Shown here: positions 55,851 to 64,000 of the stretch, piece after piece
Numbering within the stretch: position 1 is the stretch's first letter
Layout of the letters: every line of letters starts with the position of its first letter
Assembly: GCA_964016885.1 (NCBI GenBank)
Contig: OZ024743.1
Coordinates: forward strand, 294,872,001-294,936,000
Length of the DNA stretch: 64,000 bases
Direction: 5' to 3'
Origin: Eledone cirrhosa
Taxonomy: Eukaryota
Made by a program: the position numbers and the translations under genes
Notes under the pieces: generated by a model
What the model was told of the DNA's origin: nothing
What the model saw: only the letters and a program-made list of their open reading frames with translations
The model's database searches: none

Positions 55851-56950
55851 TTAGGTATATTTTGTGTATACGTTCGTATGTGTGCGGGTACAGGCGTTGC
55901 GTGGGTTCTGTATGTGCGTGCGTGTTTTTTTTTGTGTGCGTCCTTGTATTTGCATACCTATGGCGAGTATTTTCGCTTATGCTTGTGTATGTACGTATAT
56001 AGATGCGTGTATCTATATATTTAATTTCAATTACCTCTGTATTTTATTTACTTCATTCGGTTTCCTAAATAGAATTTTAGTCTACGACTTAAGTTTTACC
56101 ATTTACGTGGTTTTGTCTTTGTGTGTAATTGTTCTCATTGTCCACATAATGACGTATTATCTTCGCCTTTTCTGTTCATTGCCAGAGAACGTCTCCATGA
56201 TCCACCAAATAGAATATTAGACTACGACTTCATTTATACCATAAACGGCTTTTGTCTTTGCCTGTAATTGTTTTCAAAAATTTAAATATATATATATTAT
56301 TAGGACAATGGAATTGATCGGTTAATATCTGTATACAACAACTACAACGGTACGCGATGCCCCCCCCCCCCCCACCACCACACACACACCCGAAACAGCC
56401 CCGGCAGACAGAATGGAGAAGGCGTTTCCCCGGAGGACGGCAAGGGAGACGCGCTGGAAAAGCCACTCCAACTCGCGGAGCTCACACCTGCGGCTGGCCA
56501 GCTCAGCGCCTATGGTGGTGAGTAAGAAGATAGGCCTGGGGCCGAGGACACAAGAAGTCTCCACTGCCAGGGGTTCGACCGCATACCTCTCGGAGAGCGA
56601 CCGGTGTTTGAGGAGTTTGACCACATCTGCCCGACGTGCAGCAGAACCTGGGTCAGTCGCAGACTGCACCAGGTTGCGGCTGCAGAAAGTGTCAGTACAC
56701 CAAACGAACCAAAGTATCGTCTTCCTGTCATCCTTCGGTTTCAACGTTTTTTTAAATACTTACTTCTGCGTTCACAGATAAACGTTTTTAGTTTCAGAAG
56801 ATCCCGTTAAGGGTGAAATCTGCGATTCTTTTCTTAAATATTAATCTGTTATTTTAATAAATATTTGCTCTACGGTTCTTACATATCTGATATATATTTA
56901 TCCTTATCGAGCCCTCTTTGGATTTTAGTCTTCAAATTTATTAATATTAT
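55850..56950 (+). mobile_element. PLE family C 3' UTR/pLTR with tail, interrupted by a CRE-like fragment
   Basis: Colinear with 39200-39890 and the reverse complement of 22901-23680. Confidence 0.88.
56278..56703 (-). mobile_element. 5'-truncated CRE-like non-LTR element: C-terminal restriction-like endonuclease fragment
   Basis: CTDTF..PGSAARRADVVKLLKH..EPLAVETSCVLG..WLFQRVSLAVLRGNAFSIL; GC-rich island. Confidence 0.8.
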
Positions 56951-57036
56951 TATATATATATATATATATATATATGTGTGGGTGTGTGTGTGTGTGTGCG
57001 TGCGTGTGTGTGCGTGTGTGTGTGTGTATGTGTGTG

Positions 57037-57092
<56 letters not shown>

Positions 57093-57309
57093 TGTGTGTG
57101 TGTGTGTGTGTGTGTGTTTAATATAGAAAGGCTTCTACAGGTCGAGAACTCTTTCATTCGGGAGAAATCATCAGGCCTTCTTGAGTGTTCTCCTGAATGA
57201 AAAATTTCTAGTCCTGTAGAAGCCTTTCTATATTAAATATTTATACTCTGCTTTGTATTGAGTACCTAATTTATTGTGGTTACCTGATTGAACTCGGGAT
57301 AAACTTATA

Positions 57310-57387
<78 letters not shown>

Positions 57388-57389
<2 letters not shown>

Positions 57390-60332
57390 GGAGATGAGTT
57401 TTATTGTAGCACAATAAAGCAATGCAATTATCGGATAAGTAGCACTCTACAGTTTGTAGAACTCGAGTATAAATAATATAAGATCAAAAGATGGTTAAAA
57501 AGTTCCAAGTATTTTATTATGGGCATTTCAGAAACAAATATCATCATGGGATGATATCTGCGTTTTCATCAGATAAAATAGGGATACATGATATGAAGCT
57601 TAAAGAACACTTGTGAATAGTGAAGTTTTAAATCAACATATGAAAAATAATTTAAGATTGATGTATGAGATTGGGAAAAAGTGAGGGGGGTTTGGAAAAG
57701 GTAAGGAAGAGGAGCAGATGAGAGTAAAGAATGGTGGGGAAGGAGTATAAGAAGGAAGGATGAGAGAGGAGGAGAGATGGGTGATAGAGAGAGAGATAGC
57801 CTTTATAACTGAGAAAAAATATATATTGTCTCACAGAGAGAAGTTAAAAAGCCGTTGGAAGATAATAGATAATTTAAAAGAATTTGAAATTAAAAGTTAA
57901 TGAGGTTTATGCATGAAGGGAAAAAGGGATTAAGAAGAATATTAAATTAAGGTTTGTATATTGAAGGGTTTAATAATATGTGCGAGGAAAAGAAATTATT
58001 CATATGTATTATTAAAATAAAAATATTTATGTTATAATGATATAATGTGAAAAGAAGTAGAAGAATGAATGAGTTATGAATTTAGAGGAATTAGTTAAGG
58101 CTTAAGTTTGTTTTTATGTAATGTAATATGTGTGCGTAATATGTGTACGTAAATAGTTTGTTTAAAATTGAGCGCAGAAGGCAAAGAAGCAAATAATGTT
58201 TAAGGAAGAAAATATCTAACATCAAAATATATATATGTTTACGAAATATTTTCTAATGTTAATAATATAATATATTAAAAGAAATTAGTTAGGGTTTAAG
58301 TTTGTTTTTATGTATTGTAATATGTAAATGTCAAACGGGCAGGAAAAGTTGAGATAAGGAATTTAAGGAAGAAAAATCTAACGTAAAAAAAAAATGTTTA
58401 TGTTTACGAAGGACTATTAAAGGTAATACTATAATGTATTAAAAAATAATAATAATTTTAATGGACAATTATATGAGGAAAGATGGAAGAATGGATAATA
58501 TTGTGGTGAGTAATAATAAGAATTGAGAAGTAGTTAGGAAGAAAAAGTACAGATTAGAGGTTAGAAATTAAAAAGAAAAGAGGAAGAAAAGAAAGTGATA
58601 AAGAGGAATCATACAGAATGAGTAACTTGTATTATATAATATATAATAAATAATATTGAAATAAGGTAGAAAGATGGGTATACTTTTAAAAGATATATAA
58701 GCCTTTGAGAAAAAGGATTTTAAACTAGTAAGTTTATGGAATGTTCTGTTAATAACACTGTTAATTTCTCTAATCGCAATTGTAGTTGCCCTATTAGAAC
58801 TAAATGACCTCTCAATAACCATTGTATTGATAAAAACTTAGTCTATGAATATCAGTTATAACTGATACCAATTCCTTTACCTATTTCGGTTCCACTTCCA
58901 CCTCCTTTCAAAGCTAGATTTTATAATCACAATTCGTCTTTTAAATACCAACTTAAAAGAACTAACACGGCACTCTCAGAACTCATATGGTCCTTGAAAG
59001 ACAAAAATATTAACTATAACATCTCTTGGAGAAAAGTTTGTTCTACCTCTCCCCACTTGAATGCCTCCCTATCCAGAACATGTAATCTTTGCCTAGCTGA
59101 GAAATTTACCATTATATCTAATTTCAATTCTATAATAAATAGACGCACGGATTTATTTTCTATCTGCTTGCATAAATTCCACAGAACATTCCATAAAGTA
59201 TACAGCTAATATCTAATACCTTACTAGTTTAAAATCCTTTTTCTCAAAGGCTTATATATCTCTTTAAAATATGCCCATCTTTCTACCTTATTTCAATATT
59301 ATTTATTATATGTTATATTACAAGTTACTCATTCTATATCATTCTTCTTTATTACTTTCCTTTCTTCCTCTTTTCTTTTTTAATTTCTAACCTCTAATCT
59401 GTACTTTTTCTTCCTAACTACTTCTCAATTCTTATTATTACTCACCACAACATTATCCATTCTTCCATCTTTCTTCATATCATTGGCCATAACATTTATT
59501 TTTTTTTAAAACATTATAGTATTACCTTTAATAGTCATTCGTAAACATAAACATTTTTCTTTTACGTTAGATTTTTCTTCCTTAAATTCCTTATCTCATC
59601 CTTTCATGCTAGTTTGACTTTTACATATTACAATACATAAAAACAAAATTAAACTAATTTCTTTTAATATATTATATTATTACCATTAGAAAATATTTCG
59701 TAAACATATATATTTTTTTATGTCAGATATTTTCTTCCTTAAACATTCTTTTCTTCTTTGCCTTCTGCGCTCATTTTTAAACAAACTATTTACGTACACA
59801 TATTACGCACACATATTACATTACATAAAAACAAACTTAAGCCCTAACTAATTCCTCTAAATTCATAACTCATTCATTCTTCTACTTCTTTTCACATTAT
59901 ATCCTTAATAACATTAATATTTTGATTTTAATAATACATATAAATAATTTCTTTTCCTCGCACATATTATTAGACCCATCAATATACAAATCTTAATTTA
60001 ATATTATTCTTAATCCCTTTTTCTCTTCATGCATAAACCTCATTAACTTTTAATTTCAAATTCTTTTAAATTATCTATTATCTTCCAACGGCTTTTTAAC
60101 TTCTCTCTGTGAGACAATATATATTTCTTCTCAGTTGTAAAGGCTATCTCCCTATCTCTATCACCCATCTCTCCTCCTCTCTCATCCTTCCTTCTTATAC
60201 TCCTCCTCCACCATTCTTTACTCTCATCCTTATTTTATCTGATGAAAATGCAGATATCATCCCATGATGATATTTGTTTTTGAAGTGCGCATAATAAAAT
60301 ATTTGGAACTCTTTTAACCATCTTTTGAGCTT
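57388..60332. mobile_element. PLE family A inverted-repeat copy with central GIY-YIG fragment
   Basis: 57480-58750 inverted against 59180-60332; HHRs at 57510-57580(-) and 60231-60301(+, GAAG). Confidence 0.9.
58830..59209 (+). pseudogene. Naiad-type GIY-YIG C-terminal fragment
   Basis: TYFGSTSTSF/KARFYNHNSSFK..TALSELIWSLK..SW..CNLCLAEK..CLH. Confidence 0.85.
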
Positions 60333-60379
60333 ATATTATATATATATATATACATATTTTAAATCAACAATATAAGGCC

Positions 60380-60520
60380 AGAAAATAGAAAATAGAGGTC
60401 CGAGTCAATTGGGGGACAACCTGCCAATTCAGTGTTTAAACAATGGCGCATTGTCTGCCATTTCTATAACATTGATTTGGCAGGCTGTTTCCGAATCGCT
60501 CCTCTATTTTCTATTTTCTA
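60380..60520. repeat. Long imperfect hairpin of about 140 nt
   Basis: agaaaatagaaaatagagg/cctctattttctattttct outer stem; acaacctgccaattcagtgtt/aacattgatttggcaggctgt inner stem. Confidence 0.75.
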
Positions 60521-61513
60521 TTTTCTGTATCATATAAACAGACCTAGATCTGCTAAAATGAATGTGTTTTAATTCGTCGTACACATCCACCCTCAATTTC
60601 AGCAATAGCAGGAAAGATTTCTTTATTGGGTTTCATTTTGTTTAATTGTGCTGTTTTATTACGTTCCGCGGGAGAAATGTATATACATGAATTAATTTCT
60701 CTCTGTAAAATTTCGCTGAGTCTATACTTCAATTTTTTATACTTTTGATTTTCCAAGTTCATTGCAAGTGTAATATTAATAACAGCTTTCCACAACAGTC
60801 GACGTAGAATCAGTTGATTCATGTAGTGTCAAATTTCTTACCGATATAGTTGTTTCAAGGGACTGTTCGTGTATTACTGTTGCTTGTTGATGATCAGCCT
60901 GGCTGCCACAAAGTCTATTAGAATGGTGGCCTGTAGCGCGCGTTGTTGATTGCATGTTTCATTTGGGGAACTTACAGTGAATAATGATCGTGTTATTTTT
61001 ACGTATTTTACATTCAACAAACATTGTTGGTTGGCGTAATTTTTTTGGCTGTGAAGTGATTTAACTCTGGGTGAATTTCCACCCCGTATAGCGTCATTTT
61101 CTGTCATTTTATAACAATTAAATTAACCATTATTAAGTTCCTAACTCCAAGAGAAATGCGATTCATAATTTCGATTTCTTCTGCAGCTACAGCTAAAGAA
61201 ATTTTGTTTAGATTTCTCGTAGTTGTTTTTCTTAGGCACTCCACTAATATTGTTGGTGTTGAGTTCAGCCATGCTGTTTGTAAAACGAATTTAGTATTTA
61301 GTCGGATATCTCTACGATTTCGAATAAAAGTTGTCTTTAGTGGGTATAGTTAGAAGAATTTCCAACTTTTCAAAACGGTTTGTGTTTGTTTCATTAATCT
61401 CGGAGATAGTATTCGTTAACATGTGCGACTTGTCGCGTTAATGCATGTATGTTGGTATATATGTATATATAAATGTGCAAAGTAAATGGAACAACAATGG
61501 GAACTGTTATAAG

Positions 61514-61558
<45 letters not shown>

Positions 61559-61974
61559 GAATGAAGACATAAACAAATATGTTGAGAGTTTTGCGTTTCT
61601 CAATAAGCAAGCTCGATAGAGCAATACAAACAAAATGAAAAGGATATATGTATATATATATAGAGAGAGAGAAATAGCCATATATCGTATAAGAAACAGT
61701 GTATTGTATATATACCAAATTCATATTATATAGAAGAATATGTACAGATGTGGAATCATAAAGGAAACCTTATAGCGCTATTTCATACCTGGAGAGTGTA
61801 GCTCAAAATCAATCTATGTAATTGATCTTCGAAAAAAATCAATCAATATAATCGATCATGTGGTTTAATCATAATCGATAATTTATCTTTGATAATCGCT
61901 TATATTGATTGATTTTTGCTGTGTTTCTTATGCGATATGTGGCCCTTTCTCTCTATATATATATTTTTCATTTG

Positions 61975-62602
<628 letters not shown>

Positions 62603-62827
62603 ATATATATATATTCATTAGTTTAACGCTTGGGTCTTAATCGTTAGATATAAATCATTCGATATAAAATAAGAATTAGAAATATAGATGTGAGTAAGAA
62701 AAAGAAAGGAATACGTTTGAAAGAGCGAAAGCGAAAAAGTATTTAGGTGAATTAGGGATCAAATTTCAAGGTATTTCAGATATGAGATGCTTGGAAAGGG
62801 AGATAATCCTATATTAATTGGAACCCC

Positions 62828-62930
<103 letters not shown>

Positions 62931-62989
62931 CGTATATGTCTGTATTTATATAACTGACACTTCGTTGGTTCGGATCAACGCAACACACT

Positions 62990-63200
62990 ACTCCTGAAAT
63001 CAACCTGAAAATGGGTGAGCATTCCACAGCAAGGCATACTCTTCAGCTTCACACAGAATGTGACAAGGCAGGCCCTTCAAACAACAGCTCCATCTCATTA
63101 TTACCACTTGATTGCACTGAAGCAACTTGTAATAAAATGTCTTGCACAAGGACACAACTTACCCCAGGTAATCGAACCCAACACGTTAGGGTCATGTTCA
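62990..63200 (-). mobile_element. Diverged SINE fragment
   Basis: B-box-like gggttcgattacct on minus; gtgacaaggcaggccctt resembles 19024-19042. Confidence 0.45.
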
Positions 63201-63339
63201 GATGATATAGACTTTTACCCTTCCTTCTGTATATGTTTATTTTTATTTTTATTTGTACTTCTACAATCGTTTTTCCTCCCTTTTCTCCCCCCCCCCACCA
63301 TGTTTTTCTAAATGTCCTTCCACCACTACCCCATACACC

Positions 63340-63482
63340 CACGGAACTCTCTTCCTACCTGCTTTTCTCCTGATGAAGGCTTATGCCCGAAACGTCGTCC
63401 CTCACCCACTCTCAAAACCTTGAACCTAATAAACTCATATTTGTACTGCCTCTCTGTTTTTGTTCCCGTCTAAGATTTAACT
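63340..63482 (+). mobile_element. PLE-like terminus with minimal HHR core (63370-63396); tail also at 47056-47136
   Basis: CTGATGA-aggc ttat gccc-GAAA-cg-TC with poor stem I; aataaa..tttgtactgcctctctgtttt; then (TA)n. Confidence 0.6.
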
Positions 63483-63549
63483 ATATATATATGTGTGTGT
63501 GTGTGTGTATATATATATTATATACACATATATATACATATATATATAA

Positions 63550-63640
<91 letters not shown>

Positions 63641-63673
63641 TATGTTTAAATATATATATATATATATATATAT

Positions 63674-63728
<55 letters not shown>

Positions 63729-64000
63729 AGTGTGTGTGTGTGTGTGTGGTTTGGCCTTGTACCTAAATTAGAAATTATTATTATTATTTGTATTTTATCG
63801 AATATTTGTGATCGATTATCGCCGTAGTCTTTCCCTCGTTTCTTGATAGATAGCGGACAATAATCTTATACATGGGTCTCTGTTTGTGTGTACATTAGCT
63901 TGTATGTGTTTTAGGAGAGAACTCAGATTGAGAAGCTGCAAATACCGTCTTGATTTCTCCTGTTGTCAGTTTTTTCTTTAGGATTTCCTTCTTCGTATTC

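Noticed and set aside
60553-61390. Host exon or transposase in AT-rich unique sequence
   Set aside because: Only short ORFs with no recognisable motif or supportable splice structure

Overview
AT-rich, microsatellite-saturated eukaryotic DNA. The Nin-domain tRNA-SINE family and the (TA)n/(CA)n density suggest an octopod cephalopod; this is inference. No host protein-coding exon can be supported, and most ORF-track entries are microsatellite artefacts. The window is a retroelement nest. It holds at least six families of Penelope-like elements (PLEs; Naiad-type RT + GIY-YIG, plus Neptune/Poseidon-type GIY-YIG), mostly arranged as large inverted repeats inserted in (TA)n. It also holds one nearly intact RTE LINE with three C-terminal C2H2 fingers, an internally deleted RTE derivative, an old RTE relic, a CRE-like RLE fragment and many SINEs. 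The main hidden signal is about 30 type I hammerhead ribozyme (HHR) motifs read by eye, from about 10 sequence families. They include compensatory U3-A8 cores, a family-wide U4A core, palindromic stem IIIs, and ORF-less fold-back mini-elements in which only one arm carries a hairpin-rich tail. All folds were paired manually and none has been tested computationally or biochemically.
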